Below are positions 50,912 to 61,754 of a stretch of DNA of 64,000 nucleotides, piece by piece. The stretch lies in the NCBI GenBank assembly GCA_964501985.1, contig CAZCVY010000005.1:377-64376 (forward strand). The letters are read 5' to 3'. Every line of letters starts with the position of its first letter. The first letter of the stretch is position 1. Below the pieces are notes generated by a model that was not told where the DNA came from, made no database searches, and saw only the letters and a program-made list of their open reading frames with translations. The position numbers and the translations under genes are program-made. The stretch is from an uncultured Acidobacteriota bacterium (GTDB lineage Bacteria; Acidobacteriota; Terriglobia; UBA7540).

Positions 50912-53900
50912 ATGGGAAATTATCTACAATTCGCATTAGGCAAGGTTCTGGGAACGAAAAACGAACGTGAATTGAAGCGGCTTGGCGGGCGCGTGATTGA
51001 AATCAATGCCTTCGAGCCGGAAATGCAGGGGCTCTCCGACGCCGAGTTCCCCCTGCGCACGAAGCGGCTTAAGGAACGCCTGGCTGGTGGAGCTTCGCTC
51101 GACGAGATCCTTCCCGAGGCCTTTGCCCTTTGCCGGGAAGCGGGACGCCGCACGCTGAACATGCGGCACTTCGACGTGCAACTCCTCGGCGGCATGGTGC
51201 TGCATGAAGGCAAGATCGCGGAAATGAAGACGGGCGAAGGCAAGACGCTGGTGGCCACGCTCCCTTGTTACCTGAATGCGCTCGAGGGTAAGGGCGTACA
51301 CCTCGTCACCGTGAACGATTACCTGGCCAAGCGCGACGCCGCTTGGATGGGACCGATCTACCGCTTGCTGGGTCTGAGCGTCGGGGTGATCGTCCACGAC
51401 CTGAGCGACGACGAACGGCGGGCCGCCTACGGTTGCGACCTCACCTACGGTACCAATAACGAGTTCGGGTTCGACTACTTGCGCGACAACATGAAGTTCG
51501 ACCTCAAGGACTACGTCCAGCGGCCGCACCATTACGCCATCGTGGACGAGGTTGACTCGATCCTGATTGACGAGGCGCGCACCCCGCTGATTATTTCGGG
51601 CTCGTCCGACGAAGCCACCGACAAGTACTACCGCGTGGACAAGGTCATTCCCCATCTGATCGAAAAAGAGGACTACGAGGTTGACGAGAAGCGCCGCCAG
51701 GCCACGCCCACCGAGTCCGGAATTGCCAAGGCCGAGAAGCTGCTGGGACTCGAGAACCTCTACGACCCCGCCAACATCGAGTTCAATCACCACTTCCAGC
51801 AGGCGCTGAAAGCTCACACCCTCTTCAAGCTGGACAAGGACTACGTGGTAAAGGACGGCGAAGTCATCATCGTGGATGAATTCACGGGCCGCCTGATGCC
51901 TGGCCGCCGCTGGAGTGACGGTCTGCACCAAGCCGTCGAGGCCAAGGAAGGCGTTAAGATCGAGGGTGAGAACCAGACCCTCGCCACGGTCACCTTCCAG
52001 AACTATTTCCGCATGTACGAAAAACTGGCGGGCATGACCGGCACGGCGGAAACGGAAGCGGCGGAATTCGAGAAGATTTACAACCTGGAAATCGTCATCG
52101 TCCCGACGAACCGCACCCTGATCCGGCACGAATACCCCGACGTGGTTTACCGGACGGAGCGCGAGAAGTTCAATGCGGTGATTGAGGAGATTCAAGCCGA
52201 TCACCTGTGCGGCCAGCCGGTGCTGGTGGGCAGCATCGCCATCGAAAAGTCCGAGCGCTTGAGCTCGGCGCTGAAGAAAGCTGGTGTCGTGCCCGCCACT
52301 CTGCAACAACTTGCCAAGCAAGCGGGCCTCGAAGGCCCGAAGCTGAAGATATGGGTGGAGCGTCTGGCGCAATCCCCCAATCCGGCGCTCGATTGGCTGA
52401 CGCGCGCGGGGGTGGGAGTCTCGACCGTAAAGGAAATGCTGGGCCAGGGCCGGTACCAATCCCTGGCGTCGGGAGCCAACGGCACACGCCGGACTTTCCT
52501 CGAAGCCGTGCTGAAGCATGCGCCCCGCGGATACCCCTATAACGGCCTGCCTGCCGCTGACGAATCGATTCTTCCCGACCTTGTTGCACTTGCAAATAAT
52601 ACCGAGGAAAAGTATCTTCCGGTTCTGGATTATCTTATCGAGCATCGGTGCCAGCCGGCGCGCGTGGCGGAGGTTTTGGGCCTGAAAGAAGTCCGGCATA
52701 ACGTGCTGAATGCCAAGCAACACGAGCGCGAGGCGCTGGTGGTGGCGCAAGCCGGGCGCGTCGGCGCGATCACCGTGTCCACCAACATGGCCGGCCGCGG
52801 CACCGACATCCTGCTGGGCGGCAATCCGGAAACCATGGCGCGCGAGGAATTCCGCAAGGCGCCCGAGAAGTATCGCGAACAGGGCATCAGCCCCGATCCT
52901 CCCGAGCGGCCGCCGGAAGGCTCAGAGACGGACGTCTTCGGCGCGTACGTGGAAGCCTACGCCGCCTGGAGAAAACAGTGGGGAGAATTCGTGGACCGCT
53001 TCAAAGCGGTCACTGACGCCGAGCACGCCAAGGTGGTGGCACTGGGAGGGCTGCACATCCTCGGCACGGAGCGGCACGAGGCGCGGCGTATCGACAATCA
53101 GTTGCGCGGGCGCGCCGGCCGCCAGGGCGATCCCGGGTCCTCGCGCTTCTACCTCTCGCTCGAAGACGACCTGCTACGCATTTTCGCCGGCGAGCGCATT
53201 TCCAGCATCATGCACAAGCTGGGCATGGAAGAGGGCGTGCCCATTGAATCGCGCCTGATTTCGAAACGCATCGAGGCCGCTCAGAAAGCCGTTGAGGCCC
53301 AGAACTTCGAATCGCGCAAACATCTGCTTGAGTACGACGATGTGATGAACAAGCAGCGCGAGACCATTTACGGTTTGCGCCGCCAATTGCTGGAAGGAAG
53401 CGACCAAAAAGAGTTCGTAATGGAGGCGGCCGACCGTGTAGTGGAGTGGCTGGTGGAGAAATTCTGCCCCAAGGACCAGCACGCTGACCAGTGGAACACC
53501 AGCGGCCTGCGCACGGAATTCTGGGGAAGGTTCGGAGTCGACCTGAAGCAGCACGAGCTTCCATACGATCCCAAGCGCCTCGACGATCTCAGCTCTCAGC
53601 TCAAGGAACTCGCCCACAAGCACTACGACGAACGCGAGACCGTGTGGGGCGGCGAGCGCATGCGGATGCACGAACGCATGATTATGCTGCAGGTGGTCGA
53701 CGGCCAGTGGAAAGACCACCTGCTGGCCATGGATCACCTGAAGGAAGGCATCGGCCTGCGCGGTTACAGCCAGCGCGATCCTCTCGTCGAATACAAGCGC
53801 GAATCCTTCGAGATGTTCGAAGCCTTGATGGACCGCGTGGAAGATGAAACCCTGCGCTACCTCTTCCTGATGCGCACCCCCGACGAAGAAGAGGAAATGA

Positions 53901-54148
53901 TTCGCCAGTACCAGCAGCGCAAGCGGCGTGAACAGCGCGAAATGCAAATGGTGGGCGCGGGGGCGGTGGAGAAACCAAAGCAGGTCATTCGGCGCGAAAA
54001 GATTGGCCGCAACGATCCCTGCCCTTGCGGGAGCGGGAAGAAATACAAGAAATGCCACGGAGCGGGAGGGCCGGTGGCCACCGCGCCGGCCGCTGCCGGA
54101 GGCAAGGGCGCAGGGCCGGAGAAACCCGCGGCGAGCGCCAAAGCGTAG
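50912..54148 (+). CDS. secA: preprotein translocase ATPase SecA
   Basis: 1078-aa ORF with Walker A MKTGEGKT and DEAD-like DEVD. C-terminal zinc motif [14 protein letters not shown]. Contains a roughly 135-aa insertion in NBD2. Confidence 0.95.
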   Translation: MGNYLQFALGKVLGTKNERELKRLGGRVIEINAFEPEMQGLSDAEFPLRTKRLKERLAGGASLDEILPEAFALCREAGRRTLNMRHFDVQLLGGMVLHEGKIAEMKTGEGKTLVATLPCYLNALEGKGVHLVTVNDYLAKRDAAWMGPIYRLLGLSVGVIVHDLSDDERRAAYGCDLTYGTNNEFGFDYLRDNMKFDLKDYVQRPHHYAIVDEVDSILIDEARTPLIISGSSDEATDKYYRVDKVIPHLIEKEDYEVDEKRRQATPTESGIAKAEKLLGLENLYDPANIEFNHHFQQALKAHTLFKLDKDYVVKDGEVIIVDEFTGRLMPGRRWSDGLHQAVEAKEGVKIEGENQTLATVTFQNYFRMYEKLAGMTGTAETEAAEFEKIYNLEIVIVPTNRTLIRHEYPDVVYRTEREKFNAVIEEIQADHLCGQPVLVGSIAIEKSERLSSALKKAGVVPATLQQLAKQAGLEGPKLKIWVERLAQSPNPALDWLTRAGVGVSTVKEMLGQGRYQSLASGANGTRRTFLEAVLKHAPRGYPYNGLPAADESILPDLVALANNTEEKYLPVLDYLIEHRCQPARVAEVLGLKEVRHNVLNAKQHEREALVVAQAGRVGAITVSTNMAGRGTDILLGGNPETMAREEFRKAPEKYREQGISPDPPERPPEGSETDVFGAYVEAYAAWRKQWGEFVDRFKAVTDAEHAKVVALGGLHILGTERHEARRIDNQLRGRAGRQGDPGSSRFYLSLEDDLLRIFAGERISSIMHKLGMEEGVPIESRLISKRIEAAQKAVEAQNFESRKHLLEYDDVMNKQRETIYGLRRQLLEGSDQKEFVMEAADRVVEWLVEKFCPKDQHADQWNTSGLRTEFWGRFGVDLKQHELPYDPKRLDDLSSQLKELAHKHYDERETVWGGERMRMHERMIMLQVVDGQWKDHLLAMDHLKEGIGLRGYSQRDPLVEYKRESFEMFEALMDRVEDETLRYLFLMRTPDEEEEMIRQYQQRKRREQREMQMVGAGAVEKPKQVIRREKIGRNDPCPCGSGKKYKKCHGAGGPVATAPAAAGGKGAGPEKPAASAKA

Positions 54149-54219
54149 GGGTGAAGCTCGTACCTTGCCTTGGCCGATTACCGCACAATCGGGCTCAGAG
54201 GTTACGGTAAGCGTTTCGA

Positions 54220-55059
54220 CTACAAGCCGGCAACGAATGTCCGGAGATACCCGAGGTAATTCTCGCCGCCCGCTTCCATCAAATCATTGTGGCCCGCCCC
54301 TTCGATCGAGTAGAAGTGTTTGGGCTCAGGCGCTGCGGCAAAAAGCTGCTGGCCCATTGCGAACGGCACCACCTTATCACGCGTGCCGTGGACAATGAGA
54401 ATCGGCGCGTGCACACTGCGAATCTTTTGGAGCGAGTTGAATCGGGACTTCGCGGCGTATCCGAGAAAAGGAATCGCAAACATTCGCTGCGCCATCGCCG
54501 GCGCGCTCGTGAAGGAACTCTGGACGATCAGCCCGCCACACTGCCGTCGGGACGCCAGATTCACCGCTACTGCGCCGCCGAGGGAATGCCCGTAGATGAT
54601 GATGTCCTGCGCGCGAAAATGGCGCTGGTTTATCAGATAGTCGTAGGCCGCGACGGCGTCGCGGTAAACTCCCGCTTCATCGGGGCTGCCTTCGCTTCGC
54701 CCGTAGCCGCGATAATCGACGGCGAGGATGTTGACCCCGATCTTTGCGAGCCGTCTCAGATGCGGAAGGTCGTATCCGATGTTTTCCGCGTCGCCGTGAA
54801 ACCAGAGGAGGAGTTGCTTGGAGGCGGGGTTCGAACGGTAGAAGGCGTTGATTTTGACGCCATCAGACGTTTGCAGCCAGACGTCATCAACATCGCCTTC
54901 GTAGGTTTGAGGTGGTGGGAACCCCTCGGGGTAGCGTGGCGGAAAGTAGATCAGCCGATTTTCGATAACCCTGATGGCGACGAAAAGAATTGCCAATCCG
55001 GCCACGATTGCCAGCAGCACCACCTTCAAAAGCCTCTTCAACTTCGCGGCGCTCTCCAT
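54220..55059 (-). CDS. membrane-anchored alpha/beta hydrolase
   Basis: 279-aa ORF with an N-terminal TM helix and nucleophile elbow GHSLGG. Confidence 0.8.
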   Translation of the reverse strand: MESAAKLKRLLKVVLLAIVAGLAILFVAIRVIENRLIYFPPRYPEGFPPPQTYEGDVDDVWLQTSDGVKINAFYRSNPASKQLLLWFHGDAENIGYDLPHLRRLAKIGVNILAVDYRGYGRSEGSPDEAGVYRDAVAAYDYLINQRHFRAQDIIIYGHSLGGAVAVNLASRRQCGGLIVQSSFTSAPAMAQRMFAIPFLGYAAKSRFNSLQKIRSVHAPILIVHGTRDKVVPFAMGQQLFAAAPEPKHFYSIEGAGHNDLMEAGGENYLGYLRTFVAGL

Positions 55060-55097
55060 CGCCTTCCGACCTGCGGCGGCGCTCGTTCGAAGTGAGA

Positions 55098-55130
55098 CCC
55101 GGCCTCATCCCCTTGCGGAGTGAGGCCGGG
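55098..55130 (-). terminator. hairpin downstream of degP
   Basis: CCCGGCCTCA (55098-55107) pairs with TGAGGCCGGG (55121-55130), loop 13 nt. No clear U-tract follows. Confidence 0.35.
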
Positions 55131-55139
55131 CCCTAGGGG

Positions 55140-56666
55140 TTATTGGCCGTCGTCGCCGCCGCCATTACCGTCGGGTGAAATGACCACGAATAAGCCATTG
55201 CCCTGACGGTTGACTCGCAGCAGCGTCTGCCCTTTGGCTTGAGCGGCGAGTTTGTTGAAGTCCGTGACGTTGCGCACCGGTTGCCGATTGATGCTTTCGA
55301 TCACGTCGCCTTCCTGAAGCCCGAATTGAGCCGCGGGGCTATTCGGGTCAACCTGGACGATGATCACGCCAGTCACATTCGGCGGTAACCCGGCTTGATC
55401 GCGGAGCGAAGAGGTGAGGTTTTGCACATCCAAGCCGCGCAGCGTCCCCTGCTGAACACCGCCACCACCCGTACGCGCGTTGAGATCGGAAGGACGCTCG
55501 CCAAGCGTTACCTTAAAGGTCATCGGTTGGCCATCGCGCAGGATGTCCAAGGTGACCACGGCGCCGGGGCTCAGATTCGTGATCTGGGCGGTAAGCTGGC
55601 CGGCATCGCCAATGATCTCGCCGTTGAGTTTGCGAATGACGTCCCCCGTCTTGAGCCCTGCTTTGTCGGCAGGCCCTCCCGCGGTCACGTCCTGTGCGAG
55701 GGCGCCAGCAGAATCCGGAACCTTGAATTGCTTCGCCAAATCGTCAGTCAAATCCGTGATCTGGACGCCAAGGTATCCGCGGCTTACCTTGCCGGTTTTG
55801 ATCAAATCCTCCATGATGTGCTTCGCCATATTCGAAGGAATGGCAAACCCGATTCCGACGAAGCCGCCTTCGCCGCCTGGCCCCGAATTCCCGCTCAGAA
55901 TTGCGGTGTTAATGCCAACCACCTGTCCGTGGATGTTCACCAGACCGCCGCCGGAATTCCCCGGGTTGATCGCGGCATCGGTCTGGATGAAGTTTTGAAA
56001 TACTTCAATCTGCCCGCTGGCACGCTTCAACGCGCTCACGCTGCCTCGGGTCACGGTGAAGTACTGGCCAAAGGGGTTCCCAAATGCCATGACCGTGTCG
56101 CCCACCTTGAGCTGGTCGGAATCGCCAAAGGACGCGGTGGGCAGGCCGCTCCCATCAATCTTGACGACGGCGACATCCGTCTGCGGATCGGCCCCGACGA
56201 CTTTACCCTTAAAAGTCCGTTTGTCGGAAAGGGTCACCGAAATTTCGGTGGCCTTGGCGATCACATGGTTGTTCGTCACAATATACCCATCGGGCGAAAC
56301 AATCACGCCGCTGCCGAGCGCGTGCTCGCGCTGCTCGCGGGGAACCTGCGGAAACATGTTCCCAAAGAATTGCCGGAAAAACGGATCGTTCAGAAAAGGC
56401 GATTGCTGAACCTTGGTAACCTGCGTGGACTGAATCGCCACAATGGCAGGAGTAACTGCTTTGGCGATGCGCTCGTAAGCCTGGTTCTGCCGCTCCAAGA
56501 CATCGATGTCAGGCCCATCCAGTTCCTTCCCTTGGGCCATGGCAAAATCCGGAAAAACGTGATGCCCCTGGTAGAGCATGAACGATAACCCCAGAGTGAG
56601 GACACCGATCAACGTGAGGCTTAAACCTCTCAAGTTTTCCCGCAAGAATCGTCTGTCAAATCGCAT
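55140..56666 (-). CDS. degP: periplasmic serine endoprotease DegP/HtrA (two PDZ domains)
   Basis: ORF 55140..56729; start placed at ATG 56666, with AAGGAGGA 7 nt upstream. Catalytic GNSGGGLVN. Two PDZ-like segments. Confidence 0.9.
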   Translation of the reverse strand: MRFDRRFLRENLRGLSLTLIGVLTLGLSFMLYQGHHVFPDFAMAQGKELDGPDIDVLERQNQAYERIAKAVTPAIVAIQSTQVTKVQQSPFLNDPFFRQFFGNMFPQVPREQREHALGSGVIVSPDGYIVTNNHVIAKATEISVTLSDKRTFKGKVVGADPQTDVAVVKIDGSGLPTASFGDSDQLKVGDTVMAFGNPFGQYFTVTRGSVSALKRASGQIEVFQNFIQTDAAINPGNSGGGLVNIHGQVVGINTAILSGNSGPGGEGGFVGIGFAIPSNMAKHIMEDLIKTGKVSRGYLGVQITDLTDDLAKQFKVPDSAGALAQDVTAGGPADKAGLKTGDVIRKLNGEIIGDAGQLTAQITNLSPGAVVTLDILRDGQPMTFKVTLGERPSDLNARTGGGGVQQGTLRGLDVQNLTSSLRDQAGLPPNVTGVIIVQVDPNSPAAQFGLQEGDVIESINRQPVRNVTDFNKLAAQAKGQTLLRVNRQGNGLFVVISPDGNGGGDDGQ

Positions 56667-56851
56667 ACAATCTTCCTCCTTCAGGCGACCGGTGAAGCCT
56701 CTTTGCCGGATAGCCCGGCTCGTTGTCATCTCGGTCGTGGCATTCGCGCGAGATCAAGTCCCCTCGACGCGTCAAGAAAATCATCATAGCCGTTTCAATA
56801 CAGATGATCCCAGAGCAACTCATAATCAAGCCCCTGAATTATTAGACGGAA

Positions 56852-56898
56852 TTCCTTTGTTTATGTCATCAAGGTGGGTAGTACGTCAATTCCTTCAC
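56852..56898 (-). repeat. diverged copy of the same motif family
   Basis: The minus strand reads GTGAAGGAATTGACGTACTACCCACCTTGATGACATAAACAAAGGAA. About 190 nt upstream of the degP start, same orientation. Confidence 0.5.
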
Positions 56899-57101
56899 GT
56901 GATCTTTCTCCCGGACGGCTACCTACTATCGCTCAGTAACCCTTATGTCAAACCCCTACTATCATTGATGCTTAATTATGGAATAAGGGTTTACCGCATG
57001 TGCCCGACAGGGTCACATTCTTCATCCCAAAATCTTGCCACGAACGGCGGTCATCTGTCCATCATACCCGGAGGCGAGTGGTGTCCCAATTTGAACCAAA
57101 C

Positions 57102-57147
57102 GCCGCTATCTTGGCGGCTCCTGTGCCGGCTGGAAGCCGGCGCTACG
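57102..57147. repeat. REP-like hairpins
   Basis: GCCGCTATCTTGGCGGC and GCCGGCTGGAAGCCGGCGCTACG. Confidence 0.55.
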
Positions 57148-57342
57148 CCTCAAATTAGGACACTACCCGGAGGCGCATGTTGTCACTGATTGTGATCTTT
57201 AGTAGTATCCAGCCCCTTGGAGACTGGAGTGCCGATTAAAGCGCGACAGGAGAGGAATATCTGACGGTTCATCAAGCCTGCGGCTGCTAAACTACCTGAT
57301 GAACGGAATCTTCCGCGGCTTGGCCCGGCAGACCGATAACCC

Positions 57343-59751
57343 ATGATGCGTTCGCTCAGGCGTCTGTTCATCTTGCCCTTATTCATCCTGCTCCTCGTAG
57401 CTGTGGGCGGGGGGACATGGCTATGGTGGCGCACGCGTGCAAGCCTTCCTGTCCTTGAGGGCGTTGTCTCCGCTCCCGGGTTTTCCGCGAAAGTGGAAAT
57501 TCTGCGCGACGCTCGCGGCGTTCCCCACATCCGCGCCCAGACCCTCGCGGACGCTTTGTTCGCTCAGGGTTATGTGACGGCTCAAGATCGGCTCTGGCAA
57601 ATGGATTTGAGCCGAAGGAATGCCGAGGGCGAGCTTTCAGAGATCTTTGGTGATCGCACCCTGCACATGGACATTGAAAGCCGCACCCTGGGATTCCCCC
57701 GTGTGGCGGCAAGCGCCCTCGCCGATCTCGCGCCGAAGGAACGCAGCCTCCTAAGTGCGTACACGCGTGGCGTCAATGCCTTTATCGATAGCCATCGCGG
57801 CCGCCTGCCTTTGGAATTCTTGATCGTGCAATACCAGCCCCAACCTTGGCGCGACGTTGACTCCGTGGCCGTAGCCTTAAACCTTGCGTCGTCCCTCAGC
57901 CAGAGCTGGGAAAGCGATTTGATGCGCGAGCACATTGCCGCCAAGTTGGGGCAGGACCTCTTGCCTGACGTGTTCCCAGATCATTCTGCGCTCGACGTGC
58001 CGGTTGCCGAGGCGTCACCGTCCGCTCTCGGCCGCGCCAAAACAGGCACTGCCGATTTGTTCTTCAATGGCCTCGACGCCAGGGTCCACCAGGAGCCCAA
58101 TATCGATGGCCGATTGTATCAATCGGAATCAGTCGATCCTCAATTGTCATCGGCGGGCGTCGGGAGCAATAACTGGGTTGTCAGCGGAGCGCACACAAAA
58201 TCCGGCAAGCCATTACTTGCGAACGATCCCCATCTCAGTCACAGCGTTCCCAGCGTCTGGTACATGATTCATCTCAAGGCCCCCGGGCTCAACGTCTCCG
58301 GGGTAAGCCTCCCCGGGCTACCTCTCGTCCTTATTGGCCACAATGAGCACATCGCCTGGGGGATGACGAACACGGCGCCCGACGTTCAAGATCTCTACAT
58401 CGAGAGCTTCAACCCCAACGACCCTGAGAAATACCTGCATAACGGCCAATGGGTGGATGCAGAAGTAAGGGATGAGATCATCAAGGTCCGCAACAAGAGC
58501 GACGATCATCTCCGGGTCGTAGTCACGCGGCACGGGCCGATCGTTTCCCACGACGGCGGCCGGAACCTCGCTTTGCAGTGGACCTTGCTCACCCCGCATG
58601 CGGTCGGACTACCGTTTCTGCGCATTAATCAAGCCAGCAACTGGCAGGAATTCACTGGAGCCCTTCGCGACTTCAAGGTGCCGATGCAGAATTGCGTTTA
58701 CGCCGATGGCGAAGGCAATATTGCATACTACGCTGCGGGGCTGGTTCCCATCCGCAAACGCGGCAATGGCTCGGTCCCCGTTCCGGGCAACACCGACGAC
58801 TATGATTGGACCGGCTTTATCCCGTTCGACGACCTTCCCCATTCCTTTAATCCCTCGAGCGGGATGATCGCAACCGCAAACGGGCGCATTGTTCCCGACA
58901 GTTATCCGTATTTCATTACCGCCAAGTGGGAAGCGCCGTTCCGCACGGCGAGAATATTTCAACTGCTTCACCAAGGAGCCGCCTTCACTCCGTCGGACAT
59001 GCTGCGGATTCAGACCGATGTCCTGAGCCTCGAAGATGTGTGGCTGGCCAAGCAACTGCTCGCGGCAGCCGTGAAACTGCCACCGTCCGACCCCAGTTCA
59101 ACGTTCGCCCTCGATGCTATAAGAGGCTGGGACGGCGAGGCACGGGCGGATTCCGCCGCCACGTTGATCCTGGAGGTCACCCGACGCTCCTTGCTCGCAC
59201 GGATCCTGAAGCCGAAACTGGGTGACGATCTTTCCGATTATCATTGGGCCATGGGTACGATATTTCTTCAGAATGTCCTGGAACAAAGTCTGACGCGCTG
59301 GCTCCCTCCAGGGGACGCAGACTTTAATGTGACCCTGATGAAAAGCTTGGATGAAGGCCTCCGCCAGATACCTTCTCTGGTTAACAGCCGGAATCACGCG
59401 GATTGGAAATGGGGTGGTACAATTCCACTGACCTTTCACCATCCCCTAGGTGGAGTGCCGTTGTTGGGCCGATGGTTCAATGTTGGCCCGTTCCCGCAAG
59501 CAGGAACGGGCACGACCGTAAAGCAAACAACTTCTCACATAGGACCATCGATGCGCATGGTGGTGGATTTCTCCGACTTGGACCAGTCGATGCAAAACAT
59601 AACGCTCGGAGAATCCGGCCAGGTTCTTAGCCCCTACTACCGCGACCAGTTTTCCGCTTGGTATAGTGGGACGAGCTTCCCAATGCCGTTTAGTGACGAG
59701 GCCGTTGATAAGAGTGCTGTACACAAACTCGTGTTGGAGCCAGGTCAATAA
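57343..59751 (+). CDS. penicillin acylase family Ntn-hydrolase (possible acyl-homoserine-lactone acylase)
   Basis: 802-aa ORF with a signal peptide. Beta-subunit N-terminal nucleophile context GSNNWVVSGAHTKSGKPLLANDPHL. Confidence 0.85.
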   Translation: MMRSLRRLFILPLFILLLVAVGGGTWLWWRTRASLPVLEGVVSAPGFSAKVEILRDARGVPHIRAQTLADALFAQGYVTAQDRLWQMDLSRRNAEGELSEIFGDRTLHMDIESRTLGFPRVAASALADLAPKERSLLSAYTRGVNAFIDSHRGRLPLEFLIVQYQPQPWRDVDSVAVALNLASSLSQSWESDLMREHIAAKLGQDLLPDVFPDHSALDVPVAEASPSALGRAKTGTADLFFNGLDARVHQEPNIDGRLYQSESVDPQLSSAGVGSNNWVVSGAHTKSGKPLLANDPHLSHSVPSVWYMIHLKAPGLNVSGVSLPGLPLVLIGHNEHIAWGMTNTAPDVQDLYIESFNPNDPEKYLHNGQWVDAEVRDEIIKVRNKSDDHLRVVVTRHGPIVSHDGGRNLALQWTLLTPHAVGLPFLRINQASNWQEFTGALRDFKVPMQNCVYADGEGNIAYYAAGLVPIRKRGNGSVPVPGNTDDYDWTGFIPFDDLPHSFNPSSGMIATANGRIVPDSYPYFITAKWEAPFRTARIFQLLHQGAAFTPSDMLRIQTDVLSLEDVWLAKQLLAAAVKLPPSDPSSTFALDAIRGWDGEARADSAATLILEVTRRSLLARILKPKLGDDLSDYHWAMGTIFLQNVLEQSLTRWLPPGDADFNVTLMKSLDEGLRQIPSLVNSRNHADWKWGGTIPLTFHHPLGGVPLLGRWFNVGPFPQAGTGTTVKQTTSHIGPSMRMVVDFSDLDQSMQNITLGESGQVLSPYYRDQFSAWYSGTSFPMPFSDEAVDKSAVHKLVLEPGQ

Positions 59752-59788
59752 AAGTGTTAGATCGGAACCAGGTAAGGATCATGTATCG

Positions 59789-61717
59789 ATGAGACTATCG
59801 CCCCCGGGCCGCGGCTCGCTTCGCCCATCCGAACCTCGCCGATCATCTGCGACCCAACATCCTTCACGCATCAACGTGCTTCTCCTATTCCTCTGCGCCG
59901 CTCTGGGCCATGCGCACGGCTTTGGGGCTGCTCAGGAGTCCGTTCCGCGGCCGCTTGAGCTCGCATACACGGTGCATGTGGACCGGCCAACAACGCATCG
60001 GGTTGCCATCGATATTGTCGCCCGCCAAATAGCAACGGACCATCTCGAATTCATTCTGCCTGCCTGGGGACCGGGGCGGTACGCGATTTATGATTTTGCC
60101 AAGAATGTCCAGGAGTTTTCCGCTCAGGGTGCGGACGATCACCCAGTGCCATGGGTCAAAACTGATAAACAGACTTGGCGCGTGGAAGCCAAACAGGCTG
60201 GGGGAACGGTCCTCGTCCACTATCAAGTCTTCGCCAACGATCTCACCGGCTCGTTCTCTCAGGTTGATAACGTCCACGCCAACTTGAATGGTCCCTCGGT
60301 GCTGATGTATGTCGATGGACATAAGCCCGACCCCATCACGCTAAACATTGAGCCTCCGACTGGGTGGAAAGTCATCAGCGGGTTTTCGACATCCGCCACC
60401 GAGCGAACTTTTCACGCGCGTAATTACGACGTCCTGGTGGACACGCCGCTCGAAATCTGCGGTGAATGCTCGCTCGATCAGTTTCAAGAAGGGGGCAAGA
60501 CCATCGAGGTTGCGGTACACACTTACAACGATGAGGATAACGACCGATCCCGCCTCCTTGCCGGACTGAAGAAGATTGTGCACGTTGAAATGGCATCGAT
60601 GCCCCCGCCGGATTTCGACCATTACCTTTTCATTTTCCATTTTGTGCCGGACATCGCCTTGGGAGACGGCATGGAGCATTTGAATTCGACCCAGATCATC
60701 ATTCAGGGAAGCGTGCGGGACAGCACCCAGGAAGCGTTGGAAACGGCGGCACATGAATTCTTCCACCTTTGGAACGTGAAACGTCTTCGCCCCGCGGCAC
60801 TGGGCCCTTTCGATTACACCCGCGAGAACTACTCGCGTTCTCTCTGGGTCGCCGAGGGTATTACCACTTATTACGGCTATCTCTTCCTCCGTCAATCAGG
60901 ACTCTGGACGCGCGAGCAGTTCCTCGATCGCCTGACGAATGAGATTGCCACGCTGGAAAGGGAGCCCGGTCGAAACTTGATGTCGGTGGAATCATCCAGC
61001 TTCAGTGCCTGGTTTTTCGACCGGTCGCCTCAAATGCAGGAAACAAATTTCGCCAACACGACAATTTCGTATTACAACAAGGGCGCACTTCTGGCCATGT
61101 TGCTGGATCTGGAAATCCGCTCGCGGACGCAAGGACAGAAATCCCTGCTCGATGTGCTGCGGTTCATGTATCAAGAGTTCTACCAGGCCCCCGCAACCAG
61201 CTATTACGGACCGGGCCGGGGGTACGAGGAAAAGGACGTTATACAGGCTCTCAATTCTGTCACCGGGTCAGATTTCACGCCCTTTTTCGAGCATTACGTC
61301 AGTGGTATTGACGCCCTCCCGTACCAGCAGACCCTGACGATGGACGGACTCGATCTCCGCGCGAAAACGCCTCCTGACGCTGCGCCTGAACTGGGTGTCG
61401 TCGTTCAGCCTGAAAACCGGGGAGCGCGGATTGTCACCATCATCCCCGACAGTGCAGCCGACAAGGCCGGACTCAGCCGTGATGACCTGCTGATCGATGT
61501 CGATGATCAGTCGCTCGCCACCGAGGATCTTCCGACGCGCCTCAAACCGTATCCGGCGGGCGCAAGTGTCCCGATCACGGTAGAGCGGCACGGGCGGCGT
61601 GAGAGAATTACCGTGACCCTTGGCCCGCCGAGGCACAAACAGTATTCCATTGTGCCCTTGCCGTCAGCCACGCCCGAACAGGTCGCCATAAGGGAGGCTT
61701 GGCTTGCTGCGCAGTAG
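59789..61717 (+). CDS. M61-family glycyl aminopeptidase with C-terminal PDZ domain
   Basis: ORF 59666..61717; start placed at ATG 59789. HEFFHLWNVKR zinc motif. PDZ-like segment GARIVTIIPDSAADKAGL. Confidence 0.85.
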   Translation: MRLSPPGRGSLRPSEPRRSSATQHPSRINVLLLFLCAALGHAHGFGAAQESVPRPLELAYTVHVDRPTTHRVAIDIVARQIATDHLEFILPAWGPGRYAIYDFAKNVQEFSAQGADDHPVPWVKTDKQTWRVEAKQAGGTVLVHYQVFANDLTGSFSQVDNVHANLNGPSVLMYVDGHKPDPITLNIEPPTGWKVISGFSTSATERTFHARNYDVLVDTPLEICGECSLDQFQEGGKTIEVAVHTYNDEDNDRSRLLAGLKKIVHVEMASMPPPDFDHYLFIFHFVPDIALGDGMEHLNSTQIIIQGSVRDSTQEALETAAHEFFHLWNVKRLRPAALGPFDYTRENYSRSLWVAEGITTYYGYLFLRQSGLWTREQFLDRLTNEIATLEREPGRNLMSVESSSFSAWFFDRSPQMQETNFANTTISYYNKGALLAMLLDLEIRSRTQGQKSLLDVLRFMYQEFYQAPATSYYGPGRGYEEKDVIQALNSVTGSDFTPFFEHYVSGIDALPYQQTLTMDGLDLRAKTPPDAAPELGVVVQPENRGARIVTIIPDSAADKAGLSRDDLLIDVDDQSLATEDLPTRLKPYPAGASVPITVERHGRRERITVTLGPPRHKQYSIVPLPSATPEQVAIREAWLAAQ

Positions 61718-61754
61718 ATACAACATTGCTCTAAGGAGGATTTTCACAACTTCG

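Noticed and set aside
50936-52750. 604-aa ORF antisense to secA. Similar long antisense ORFs: 36879..38120 (rnr), 12543..13718 (xdh large subunit), 8423..9511 (S10 peptidase), 4912..5964 (add), 55395..56588 (degP), 53174..54058 (secA), 41977..42699 and 19644..20612.
   Set aside because: These are typical high-GC shadow ORFs. They have Arg/Ala/Gly/His-rich low-complexity translations and no motifs. Each fully overlaps a confidently identified gene on the other strand.
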